From sequence record SRR22947727_1819: a stretch of DNA of 56,631 bases; one strand, 5' to 3'. Shown in pieces: positions 1 through 9,118 of this stretch. Both the position numbers and the translations under genes were made by a program. The notes below the pieces were generated by a model. It ran no database searches. It was not told the origin of the DNA and was given only the letters and a program-made list of their open reading frames with translations. The stretch's first letter is position 1. Every line of letters starts with the position of its first letter.

Positions 1-51
1 CCATCGATTATTTCGGGGATAAACACTGCAGCTGACACAAAGGTATAAAAA

Positions 52-417
52 ATGGATGATAGCGAACAAATTAGAAATGTGATTCAACTTTATATTGATA
101 GCATGAATGAGTCTAACCCCGATAAAGTAAAACAAGTATTTCATAGCAATGCAAAGGTGGTTGGGTATCTTCATGGGGATTTTATGGAAATGTCAGTAGA
201 TGATTTTGCTGGTTTTGTAGAATCTCAACAGCCCTCACCAAAAGAAAAAGGTGAGGATGTAGTTTTTGAAATACTCTCATTAGAAAAAGAGGGTACAACA
301 GCATTAGTAAAAATTAGAGATAAATATTTAGGTATAACCTTTTTAGATACCTTATCTTTTATTAAGTTTGAGGGCGAATGGAGGCTTTATAATAAATTAT
401 TTAATGTTGAAAATTAA
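52..417 (+). CDS. NTF2/SnoaL-like fold protein (putative lumazine-binding family)
   Basis: 121 aa; IQLYIDS...FHSNA, DTLSFIKFEGEWRLYNKLF pattern typical of the Lumazine_bd_2/NTF2-like family. Confidence 0.75.
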   Translation: MDDSEQIRNVIQLYIDSMNESNPDKVKQVFHSNAKVVGYLHGDFMEMSVDDFAGFVESQQPSPKEKGEDVVFEILSLEKEGTTALVKIRDKYLGITFLDTLSFIKFEGEWRLYNKLFNVEN

Positions 418-471
418 CAAACTTTATTCATAAAAGAATTCAGGCTTATGATAATTAGAGAAAGAAAATAA

Positions 472-894
472 ATGAATGATAAATATATACAAGCAATAAT
501 TATAGGGGCCTTAATTGGTGGTTCAATTATCGTTGCAGAGCTTATTTCACAACCAAAAAGAAATAATATGGAATTGCATACTATTGAACTTCAAAAAGAT
601 ATAAAAGACATAGAAACTTTTGATGTAAAAGATGAAAATTTTCCTCTTTTTACATTAATAAAAGATTTTATTGATGTAAAAGATGAAAAGATTATCGTAA
701 AAGTTAATGCCAAAAATAAGAATTCAAATAAAGAATTAGAGATAAATGTTGAAGAAATTGTAGACGAAGTTCTGTCTGAGTTATCTGAGAATAAAAATAT
801 TCCTACGGATGATATTGAAAAGATTATCGCAAAAGCCCTTGAGGGTACTGATGGAAAGGTACGAATTGAAGTGTCAAGGAAGTTTGAAGATTAG
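472..894 (+). CDS. hypothetical protein with N-terminal membrane anchor
   Basis: 140 aa ORF, one hydrophobic N-terminal segment followed by an acidic/Lys-rich soluble region. Confidence 0.6.
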   Translation: MNDKYIQAIIIGALIGGSIIVAELISQPKRNNMELHTIELQKDIKDIETFDVKDENFPLFTLIKDFIDVKDEKIIVKVNAKNKNSNKELEINVEEIVDEVLSELSENKNIPTDDIEKIIAKALEGTDGKVRIEVSRKFED

Positions 895-927
895 AGTTAG
901 CTATTATTTGATTAGAAAGGATACCAA

Positions 928-1233
928 ATGGCAGAATTAGTCATTTTAAATTTCAAAGCTGCGAAAGGTAAGTTTGAAGATCTAGGTAATATCTTTAAAG
1001 CAGTGTTAGATGATACACGGGCGTTTGAGGGTTGCCTGAAAGTAGAGGTATTCGCAGATAGATCTACCTCTACATACACTCTTATTGAAGAGTGGGAATC
1101 TTTATCTCACCAGCAAAAATATCTTCAATGGAGAATTGAAACTGGCATTCGTGAGGCAACAAAAGATATAATTGAGGGTGGTTTTGACAAGGGGGTCACG
1201 GTCCATACTTGGGGTAAAAAAACAGATATTTAA
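928..1233 (+). CDS. antibiotic biosynthesis monooxygenase (ABM) family protein
   Basis: DTRAFEGCL, LIEEWESLSHQQKYLQWR; RBS AAAGGA upstream. Confidence 0.8.
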   Translation: MAELVILNFKAAKGKFEDLGNIFKAVLDDTRAFEGCLKVEVFADRSTSTYTLIEEWESLSHQQKYLQWRIETGIREATKDIIEGGFDKGVTVHTWGKKTDI

Positions 1234-1271
1234 TATCTTTTAATTTTTAAAACGTCTTGCAGAAAGAAAAA

Positions 1272-1697
1272 ATGAAATTTCTATATTGTGTATTATTAGT
1301 TTTTGTCTCGTTTAAATCGCATGCAGCAAATTTAGAAATCGAACTCCATGGTATTTCAAAGCCAGGAATACTTAATTTAGCAATTTTTGACTCTAAAAAA
1401 GTCTTCGAAACATACAATGTTGATAAATCAGATCCACAGCCCGGTGTTATAAAGAAAGTAAGAGTGCAAGTCTCTAGTGGTTCATATGAAGATACCTACG
1501 AAATACCGAATGGAGCATATGCAATTAGCTTGTTTATAGATGTTAATGGAAATCAAGAATTTGATACTAATTTCCTAGGACTTCCCAAAGAGCAATATGG
1601 ATTCTCGAATAATGCAATGGGTACATTTGGCCCTCCCAAGTTTGAGCCTGCTTCATTCATTTTAAATGGATATAAAAAAATAAAAATAAACCTATAA
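1272..1697 (+). CDS. DUF2141 family secreted protein
   Basis: Signal peptide, G-x-YAISLFIDVNGN, LGLPKEQYGFSNN, FGPPKF; start moved to ATG 1272. Confidence 0.85.
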   Translation: MKFLYCVLLVFVSFKSHAANLEIELHGISKPGILNLAIFDSKKVFETYNVDKSDPQPGVIKKVRVQVSSGSYEDTYEIPNGAYAISLFIDVNGNQEFDTNFLGLPKEQYGFSNNAMGTFGPPKFEPASFILNGYKKIKINL

Positions 1698-1715
1698 GGC
1701 AAGGGTTCAATAGAT

Positions 1716-1913
1716 ATGCTTTGTATCAAAACCAAAGTTCCAAAAAATATTTGTGAAATTGATGACGAACTTAAAGCAATCTACCATTCAACTAACTCGT
1801 TCTGCATATGGGTTTTTAAATGTAGAGAAGATAGAAATAGTTTTATGGACCAAACTATTGGAATGAAAAAACAACAAAGAGACAATTTTTACAATGCAAA
1901 TTATCAGCTTTAG
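1716..1913 (+). CDS. small hypothetical protein (4 Cys)
   Basis: 65 aa ORF co-directional with and filling the gap after the upstream genes. Confidence 0.55.
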   Translation: MLCIKTKVPKNICEIDDELKAIYHSTNSFCIWVFKCREDRNSFMDQTIGMKKQQRDNFYNANYQL

Positions 1914-1940
1914 GGGCTGGCTGTAGCTATCCATTTTTTC

Positions 1941-2567
1941 TTAAACTAATCCAGTAAAGTAATCTATTGCCTGTTTTTCATTTATTACCTCAGCATATTT
2001 AGCCTGCATGTCAAATAGGTTGGCTTTGTGTGGGTTAGAGTGACGGTCACCGCACGCATCCGAGACTACAAATGTAGTAAATCCATTAGAGCAAGAGTCT
2101 ACACAGCTTGCCCTAACACATCCACTCGTTGTTAATCCCGTTAAAAATACACTGTCCACACCTAACGTACGCAGGGTAGATGCTAGGCTAGTTCCAAAAA
2201 AAGCGCTGGGGTATTGTTTAGTAATGATCAATTCATTTGCCTCTGGTGAAAGGCATTTCATCCACTTCCCTAAATTAGAGCCTTCCTTGAAAACCTCCAA
2301 TGCTTGAATTTTTTCATAAAATTTACCAGCATCAGCCATGCTTGATTGGTAAACAACACGCGTATATATTACAGGCACCAAAGCTTTACGCGCAGCTTCT
2401 CTGACTTTAACAGCGCTCTTCAGAGTATTATCAACATTTGCATATAGTGGGCTCTTTTCATTGAAATAAGCCTCGACAAAATCAATAAGTATAAGGGCAG
2501 GTGATTTACCAAACTTGAGATTAGTATTAAATACCTTTTTATAGTTTTCTATTGCCGATTCTTCCAT
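1941..2567 (-). CDS. isochorismatase/cysteine hydrolase family amidase (maleamate or N-carbamoylsarcosine amidase-like)
   Basis: Catalytic triad motifs LILID(F), ITKQYPSAFFGT, GLTTSGCVRA. Confidence 0.88.
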   Translation of the reverse strand: MEESAIENYKKVFNTNLKFGKSPALILIDFVEAYFNEKSPLYANVDNTLKSAVKVREAARKALVPVIYTRVVYQSSMADAGKFYEKIQALEVFKEGSNLGKWMKCLSPEANELIITKQYPSAFFGTSLASTLRTLGVDSVFLTGLTTSGCVRASCVDSCSNGFTTFVVSDACGDRHSNPHKANLFDMQAKYAEVINEKQAIDYFTGLV

Positions 2568-2584
2568 AAGATCACTTTATTTTT

Positions 2585-2609
2585 CATAAATATGTATACA
2601 AAAATACAT
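2585..2609. promoter_or_regulatory. putative GntR operator in divergent amidase/gntR promoter
   Basis: TGTATACA palindrome at 2593-2600 within CATAAATATGTATACAA; near-identical site at 3349-3365. Confidence 0.6.
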
Positions 2610-2653
2610 TTTTTGGACTAATATGCAAACATTGCTTTTAAAAAGGGTAGCCT

Positions 2654-3328
2654 ATGTCTGGTGCATCGGAGCGCGCATACGAAAAAATTCGTACTCTACT
2701 CATACAGGAACAGTATGCTCCTGGTTCACGTCTGAGCGAAAGTGAATTATCTCAAAAGTGTGGCGTCAGTAGGACTCCTGTTCGTGAAGCATTGCGTCGA
2801 CTGGCATTAGAATATTTTGTTCGTATTGAACCAAATAGAGGGGCTTTCGTAATAGACTGGAGCCGCGAGGATATCATTGATATGTTTGAAATGCGTTCGA
2901 TGATGGAAGGTTTAGCTGCCCGCAAAGCTGCGGAGCGCGCAACACCTAAACAAATACTAGGTTTATCTAAAATTGTAATAGATATTGAAGAAATTGCCAA
3001 TAAAGCAGGCAATGATATGATGAGTTCATTTCTATCTTTAAACCGTGAGTTTCATGAAATAATATTTGCAGCCTCAGGCAGCCCCCGTTTAAAGGAGACT
3101 ATCTCTCGTTTTGTTGAGCAAGCCGTAGTAGTTAGAACTGCTGCTCAATTTACACCTGAGGATGTGATGCGAAGTAATCAGCATCATAAAGAATTAGTGA
3201 ACGCAATTAAAATAAAAAATGGTGTCTTAGCTGAAAGCATAATGCGCGTTCACATACTAGCAGCTAGCAGTCGATACTATGATGGTTATATGCCGGGAGG
3301 TTTAAAAGGTGAAATCAAAACTGGGTAA
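2654..3328 (+). CDS. GntR family transcriptional regulator (FCD domain, FadR/VanR subfamily)
   Basis: wHTH LSESELSQKCGVSRTPVREAL; FCD His motifs NREFHEII, QHHKEL, MRVHI. Confidence 0.92.
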   Translation: MSGASERAYEKIRTLLIQEQYAPGSRLSESELSQKCGVSRTPVREALRRLALEYFVRIEPNRGAFVIDWSREDIIDMFEMRSMMEGLAARKAAERATPKQILGLSKIVIDIEEIANKAGNDMMSSFLSLNREFHEIIFAASGSPRLKETISRFVEQAVVVRTAAQFTPEDVMRSNQHHKELVNAIKIKNGVLAESIMRVHILAASSRYYDGYMPGGLKGEIKTG

Positions 3329-3336
3329 TAATGAAC

Positions 3337-3365
3337 TAGACTTTTACTCATAAATTGTATACAAT
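3337..3365 (+). promoter_or_regulatory. sigma70 promoter with overlapping GntR operator
   Basis: TAGACT(3337-3342)-N17-TACAAT(3360-3365); perfect palindrome ATTGTATACAAT 3354-3365 covers the -10. Confidence 0.65.
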
Positions 3366-3462
3366 AATATAATTAAATCACTACTAGCAAACATGGATAC
3401 TTCTTAATCTATCCAAATTATTTAAAAATTCATCCGTAAAGAGATGAAATTGGGAGAAAAAT

Positions 3463-6063
3463 ATGGCTGGGCATAAATTAGCAAACAAACAAACAAAATC
3501 ATTCAAAATTATAGCGATGTCTACTGCCGCCTTGTCGATGGTCTTATCTACAGCCCCCGCGAATGCTCAATCGAATGAAGCAAGCTTTGAGGATGAAATA
3601 ATAGTTACGGCTCGTCGTAAAGCTGAAAATATTCTTGACGTACCGGGATCTGTGACCGCTTTAACAGGGGCAACCCTTGAAAAAGCTGGCGTAGAAAGAG
3701 TTGAAGATTTTATCGGCCTAACTCCCGGAGTTACATTAGTAAACGCGGCAGAAGCAGGAGATACTCAGGTTAACATACGTGGTATTAATGGAGCAAGAGA
3801 CGCTGAAAACAGCTTCGCTTTCATTATTGATGGCGTTTTATATACCAACCCTGCAGCATTTAATCGTGAATATACAGATCTACAGCAAATTGAAGTTTTT
3901 AAAGGCCCTCAGGGTGCTATTTATGGAAGAAATGCCGCTGCTGGCGCAATCATTGTAACAACAGAAACACCGGGAAATGAAAATTCTGGAAGTTTTACTG
4001 CAAGTTATGCAGAAGATGATACAACGCTAATCAAAGGAAGCATTTCAGGTCCTTTATCGGATAACATGTCCTACAGAATCTCAGGTGATTATCGTACATC
4101 GGACGGATATTACCGCAATAGCTATTTAGGAGACTCTCCTACTATTGATGCGTCTGAAAGTTATAATCTCAATGGTCGACTTGTATACAGTCCTAACGAT
4201 CAACTTACTGTAGACGTTAAGGGAAGATACGGTGAAATAGACGCTAACTCAATCGTTTTTAATGCGAACTTTCATCTACCGACCTTTGCAGACATCACGA
4301 CCGTCACAGCCGCAAACCTTGACGTAAACGAGCATCCTTTTGTTTTCCAACCTAACGTCACATCTGATAACGACCAAACTGCAGTAGAGCTTTCGGCAAA
4401 GTTTGATTATGAAATGGATGGCTCCACGCTTACAGGTTGGGCACTGTATAGTGATATAGAAAACAACCTTGTCGCAGACGGAACATCAGCCGCATTCGGA
4501 TTTTTCAATGCAGACTCGGTATGCCAGCAAAGTGTAACTGATCTTGCGGGTTTCCCACTTCCATCACCAACTTTTTTTGGTGAGATACCAGTTGGTGTAA
4601 TTTTTGCGCCAAACGGTTCTTTTCTAGGGGCATACACTCCTTCCACATGTGATGGAATACAAGAGCAGCTTCGCAATCAATCTGACATTAGTGCTGAATT
4701 GCGCCTAGCATCAAATACTAACGGTCCATTAAGTTGGATGGTTGGTGGCTATTTGTTAGATATTGATAGACAGGTGGGCGTTTCAACAAATCGAGATGGC
4801 GGCGGTGCTGTAAATAGAGGTCTTTACCAATTAAATGGTGATAACCGGACTGTTGCACTCGCATATGATGACTTTGATAGTTCTGTCTATGCAGTGTTTG
4901 GTTCAGCTGATTACGCAATGTCAGATACACTTGAGGCATCTGTAGCCTTAAGATATGATGTTGAGAAACGCGAGGTTTCCAGTCTTGTGCCTACAGGGGC
5001 GCGGCAGAGTTTTATTGATCTTGACTTTAACCCCGCAACAGCTGATCCACTCAATGCTGGACTTTCTCCATTGGTGAACCCCGCTGGTATTATTCCAGAC
5101 AAAGAGGAAACCTTTAAACAATTACAGCCGAAATTTTCACTTACATGGGATGCTGCTGACAACACTACAGTTTATAGTAGTTGGGGGGTTGGCTTTAAAG
5201 CAGGAGGTTTTAATAACTCTGGGAGTGCCGCGACTGTTAATATATTTAACAATGGTTTGATTTCTTCCGTATCTGGCACTAACTTCGCTGCCCAAGTTGG
5301 AAGTGCACTACCTGTTATTTCAGACAACTATAAAAAAGAAAAATCAAGCTCTTTCGAAGCAGGGTTTAAAACCTCGGCTCTAGATGGTCGACTTAAAATG
5401 ACAGCTGCAGGTTATTATACTGATGTCACAGACATGCAATTCTTTGAATTCTTTGTGGGTGGATTTGGACTTTTACGAGTAGTGTCTAATATAGACGAAG
5501 TTGAGATTATGGGTGCTGAGTTTGGAGCGGAGTTATCTGCAACAGATAATTTAAACCTATATTTTGGAGCTAATGTAACTGATAGTGAAATAAAATCTAA
5601 TAGCTCTCGTACAGACACAGTAGGAAATAAGTCTCCCTACACACCCGACTACACTCTCAATTTCGGTGGGGATTTTAGTTACCCGATTACGGATGGAATA
5701 AATTTCTTAGTGAGGGCTGATGCACAAATCATCGGGCCAACATGGTTTCATACTGTACAAGGTGGTGACAGAGCAACTATATTTAATCCGTTATTTGAAA
5801 TAGGAAATCCAGCTGCAGGTTTTGGTCCTGGTGCAGGTTTTCTGGGTACAGGTAACTTCGTTAATTCTCAGAGAGATAGTTATCTGACACTTGACATGCG
5901 AGCAGGTTTGAAAACCGATACTTGGTCAATAACAGCTTTCGCACAAAATTTAACAAATGAAAATATTCTTGAGGAAGTTATTCCTGCTCCAGAGTTTGGG
6001 GGGTCTTTTCTAGCACCAGGAGCACAACAACGCTTTGGTGTCGAAGTAGCATATAATTTTTAA
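3463..6063 (+). CDS. TonB-dependent receptor
   Basis: Signal peptide, TonB box DEIIVTARR, plug motif IEVFKGPQGAIYGRNAAAGAI, C-terminal YNF. Confidence 0.95.
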   Translation: MAGHKLANKQTKSFKIIAMSTAALSMVLSTAPANAQSNEASFEDEIIVTARRKAENILDVPGSVTALTGATLEKAGVERVEDFIGLTPGVTLVNAAEAGDTQVNIRGINGARDAENSFAFIIDGVLYTNPAAFNREYTDLQQIEVFKGPQGAIYGRNAAAGAIIVTTETPGNENSGSFTASYAEDDTTLIKGSISGPLSDNMSYRISGDYRTSDGYYRNSYLGDSPTIDASESYNLNGRLVYSPNDQLTVDVKGRYGEIDANSIVFNANFHLPTFADITTVTAANLDVNEHPFVFQPNVTSDNDQTAVELSAKFDYEMDGSTLTGWALYSDIENNLVADGTSAAFGFFNADSVCQQSVTDLAGFPLPSPTFFGEIPVGVIFAPNGSFLGAYTPSTCDGIQEQLRNQSDISAELRLASNTNGPLSWMVGGYLLDIDRQVGVSTNRDGGGAVNRGLYQLNGDNRTVALAYDDFDSSVYAVFGSADYAMSDTLEASVALRYDVEKREVSSLVPTGARQSFIDLDFNPATADPLNAGLSPLVNPAGIIPDKEETFKQLQPKFSLTWDAADNTTVYSSWGVGFKAGGFNNSGSAATVNIFNNGLISSVSGTNFAAQVGSALPVISDNYKKEKSSSFEAGFKTSALDGRLKMTAAGYYTDVTDMQFFEFFVGGFGLLRVVSNIDEVEIMGAEFGAELSATDNLNLYFGANVTDSEIKSNSSRTDTVGNKSPYTPDYTLNFGGDFSYPITDGINFLVRADAQIIGPTWFHTVQGGDRATIFNPLFEIGNPAAGFGPGAGFLGTGNFVNSQRDSYLTLDMRAGLKTDTWSITAFAQNLTNENILEEVIPAPEFGGSFLAPGAQQRFGVEVAYNF

Positions 6064-6082
6064 ATTGAATTATTGTATTGGG

Positions 6083-6106
6083 TGTTGAGAGCTATCGCTC
6101 TCAACA
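6083..6106 (+). other. intra-operon stem-loop (mRNA stabiliser or partial terminator)
   Basis: TGTTGAGAGC-TATC-GCTCTCAACA, perfect 10-bp stem right after the TBDR stop, no clean U-tract. Confidence 0.65.
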
Positions 6107-6116
6107 AACTTCTTTG

Positions 6117-7037
6117 ATGATTAAAACACAGAATATTGAAATTGTTGATGTAACAGCCCGCGATGGCCTGCAAAATGAATCTGTAATTTTTACGACTGAG
6201 GACAAAATAGATCTCATTAATAGATCGATAGAAACAGGCGTAAAACGCTTAGAGGTTGCAAGTTTTGTACACCCGAAATATGTTCCCCAGATGGCAGACG
6301 CTGAAGCTGTTATCAATAATCTTCCAGAAAAAGATAATTTGACATATATAGGTCTTGCAATGAATGAACGGGGCGTAGATCGGGCGCTCAATACAAAAAT
6401 AGATGAAATAGGCTTAGTGGTTGTTGCAACAGATACATTCGCAAAAAAAAATCAAAACCAAACTCGGGATAGTTCTATTAAGATGGCCTCCTCAATGGTA
6501 AAGAAAATTAAGTCTGAAGGACGTAAGGTAAATGTAACGATAGCCGCTTCTTTTGGCTGCCCATTTGAAGGAGAGGTTGAGATAGGTACTGTTGTTGAGA
6601 TGGCTCAACAAATTGCTTTTTCTAACCCTGATGGAATTTCAATTGCTGATACTATAGGTGTTGGAGATCCTTGGAAAGTTAAAGAACTTTTTTCACAGCT
6701 AAAAAGTGAATTGCCAACTATGCCGCTTCGTGCACACTTTCATAATACTAGAAATACTGGGTTAGCTAATGTATATACTGCAATTGAATGCGGGGTTAAC
6801 AGTATAGATGTTTCCATTGGTGGCATTGGAGGATGTCCTTTTGCTCCATCTGCAACAGGCAATGTACCTTCAGAGGATGTTGTATATATGCTCGGCCGTA
6901 ATGGAATTGACACTGGTTTGTCTTTAAACAAGTTAATTAGCACCTCTCAATGGTTGAGTAAAAAAATGGGTAAAACATTACCAGGCATGGTAAGCCGTGC
7001 AGGTAGTTTTCCTGAAAATTTAAGTCGAGCAATATAA
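6117..7037 (+). CDS. hydroxymethylglutaryl-CoA lyase family (DRE-TIM) enzyme
   Basis: DVTARDGLQNE, HFHNTRNTG, GGIGGCPFAP; start moved to ATG 6117, downstream of the hairpin. Confidence 0.9.
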   Translation: MIKTQNIEIVDVTARDGLQNESVIFTTEDKIDLINRSIETGVKRLEVASFVHPKYVPQMADAEAVINNLPEKDNLTYIGLAMNERGVDRALNTKIDEIGLVVVATDTFAKKNQNQTRDSSIKMASSMVKKIKSEGRKVNVTIAASFGCPFEGEVEIGTVVEMAQQIAFSNPDGISIADTIGVGDPWKVKELFSQLKSELPTMPLRAHFHNTRNTGLANVYTAIECGVNSIDVSIGGIGGCPFAPSATGNVPSEDVVYMLGRNGIDTGLSLNKLISTSQWLSKKMGKTLPGMVSRAGSFPENLSRAI

Positions 7038-7054
7038 TAATATAGGATAGGTTT

Positions 7055-9109
7055 ATGAGTTACAGATTAGGTGTTGATGTTGGAGGAACATTCACGGACC
7101 TCCTATTGTTTGATGATAAAACAGGAGCCTCTCATAAAACTAAAGTGCCTTCTACTCCTGACGACCCTTCGCGCGCAGTTGTTGGTGGCACAAAAGATAT
7201 TTGTAACATCGCTGGAATAGAGCCCAATAAAATTGATTATTTTTTACATGGAACAACTGTCGCAACCAATGCCATGCTTGAAGGTAAAGGAGCCCGTGTT
7301 GGATTGATTGTAACCAAAGGGTATCGTCAAATAATGCAAATTGCGCGATCTCTTGTTCCTGGCGGTCTTGCAGCATGGATTATCTGGCCTAAGCCAGAGC
7401 CACTAGCAGCATTAGAGGATACAATTGAAGTTTCAGGTCGAATGAGTGCTCACGGAAAAGAAATCCGCAAGGTTGATAAAGATCAAGTTGAAAAAGCACT
7501 TAAAAAATTAAAAAAACAAAACCCAGAAGCCATAACAATATGTCTTATGAATTCTTACACAAATGGAAAACACGAAAAACAGGTTGCCCGAATTGCAAAA
7601 AAAATATTCCCTGATTTATCAATTTCTATAAGTCATGAAATACTACCCGAAATGTTTGAATACGAGAGAACGCTAACCACCGTTGCAAACTCCGCAGTAA
7701 GACCAGTTGTTGGAAATTATGTTAGGAATCTTGAAACTGAACTACGTAAAATGGGCATGAGTGGTCAATTGAGTCTTTTGCGTTCAGATGGGGGTCTAAT
7801 GAGTGCCGCAAAGTCGCAGGTCTCTCCTGTTAATTTACTTATGTCTGGACCGGCCGGTGGAGTTACAGGGGCTTTATGGGTAGCAAAGTCAGCTGGGTAC
7901 AAAAACATATTAACCCTTGATGTTGGAGGAACTTCAACTGATGTTGCACTAATTGAAAATTTTGAGCCACGTCTAGTGCGTAATACTTCTGTTGGCGATC
8001 TGGCTGTTAGAGCTTCCTCTTTGGATGTTAAGACAGTAGGTGCTGGTGGAGGCTCAATTGCTCATGTTCCAGAACTAACAGGGGCTCTCAGGGTAGGACC
8101 TGAAAGTGCGGGTGCAGTGCCTGGTCCAGCTTGTTATTCAAAAGGAGGGGATTTACCAACAGTAACTGATGCTAATGTTGTCTTGGGTTACCTTCCAGAA
8201 GAACTTCTAGGCGGAGCATTTGAACTAGACCGTAAAGCAGCAAAAAAAGCAGTTAAAAAGGTAGCAGATGCGTTAGGGTTAGATGTATACACTGCTGCTG
8301 CGGGGATCATAGATATTGTTAACGAAAACATGTTTGGCGCTTTAAGAATGATATCTGTGCAACAAGGCTACGACCCCAGAGATTTTGCCTTAATGGGCTT
8401 CGGAGGGGCTGGATCACTGCACTCAAACGCAGTTGCTAAGCTTATGGGGTCTTGGCCGGTCATAGTACCACGCTCGCCAGGCGTATTATGCGCCGTTGGC
8501 GACGCCACCACGCGTTCAAGAGCCGAGCTTTCTCGATCTCACTCTAAAAAAAGGTCTCAGACTAACTCAGATGAGATAAACAATATACTTAAAGAAATGG
8601 GCGAACAGGTATCAGCTGAGCTTTTAGCTGAAGGTACAAAAAAGAAAGATATTAGCATCTCATTCCAAGCAGATGTTCGTTATCATGGACAGGCATTTGA
8701 AATACCTATGACAGTAAATATAAAAGGTTTTTCAAATTTAGGGCTTGGAAAACTTTGTGATGCTTTTGATGCTGAACATAAAAGAATGTTTACATTTAAT
8801 ATGGACGCAGAACATGAAATTGTAAATCTTCGAGCCGTAGCACTTGGTAAGTCATTGGAATTACCCGCTCAAAAAGTTAAACGGGGGGACGGAAATCCAA
8901 AAGCAGCCAAGATGCGCACAACAGAAATATATATAAATGGTAAAATGAAAAAAGCAGGTGTTTATGACCGCGATAAATTATGTGCAGGTGACAAAATAAA
9001 AGGCCCCGCAATAATTATCGAGATGGACTCAACGGCCTTAGTTCACGCTGATTGTTCAGCAAAAATTGACAAATTCGGTAATATTATCATCAACCCAAGC
9101 AAGAAATAG
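7055..9109 (+). CDS. hydantoinase/oxoprolinase subunit A (ATP-binding)
   Basis: GVDVGGTFTD, HGTTVATNA, SGPAGG, DVGGTSTDV, GAGGGSIA, GPESAGAVPGP. Confidence 0.93.
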   Translation: MSYRLGVDVGGTFTDLLLFDDKTGASHKTKVPSTPDDPSRAVVGGTKDICNIAGIEPNKIDYFLHGTTVATNAMLEGKGARVGLIVTKGYRQIMQIARSLVPGGLAAWIIWPKPEPLAALEDTIEVSGRMSAHGKEIRKVDKDQVEKALKKLKKQNPEAITICLMNSYTNGKHEKQVARIAKKIFPDLSISISHEILPEMFEYERTLTTVANSAVRPVVGNYVRNLETELRKMGMSGQLSLLRSDGGLMSAAKSQVSPVNLLMSGPAGGVTGALWVAKSAGYKNILTLDVGGTSTDVALIENFEPRLVRNTSVGDLAVRASSLDVKTVGAGGGSIAHVPELTGALRVGPESAGAVPGPACYSKGGDLPTVTDANVVLGYLPEELLGGAFELDRKAAKKAVKKVADALGLDVYTAAAGIIDIVNENMFGALRMISVQQGYDPRDFALMGFGGAGSLHSNAVAKLMGSWPVIVPRSPGVLCAVGDATTRSRAELSRSHSKKRSQTNSDEINNILKEMGEQVSAELLAEGTKKKDISISFQADVRYHGQAFEIPMTVNIKGFSNLGLGKLCDAFDAEHKRMFTFNMDAEHEIVNLRAVALGKSLELPAQKVKRGDGNPKAAKMRTTEIYINGKMKKAGVYDRDKLCAGDKIKGPAIIIEMDSTALVHADCSAKIDKFGNIIINPSKK

Positions 9110-9118
9110 GAGAGTAAA

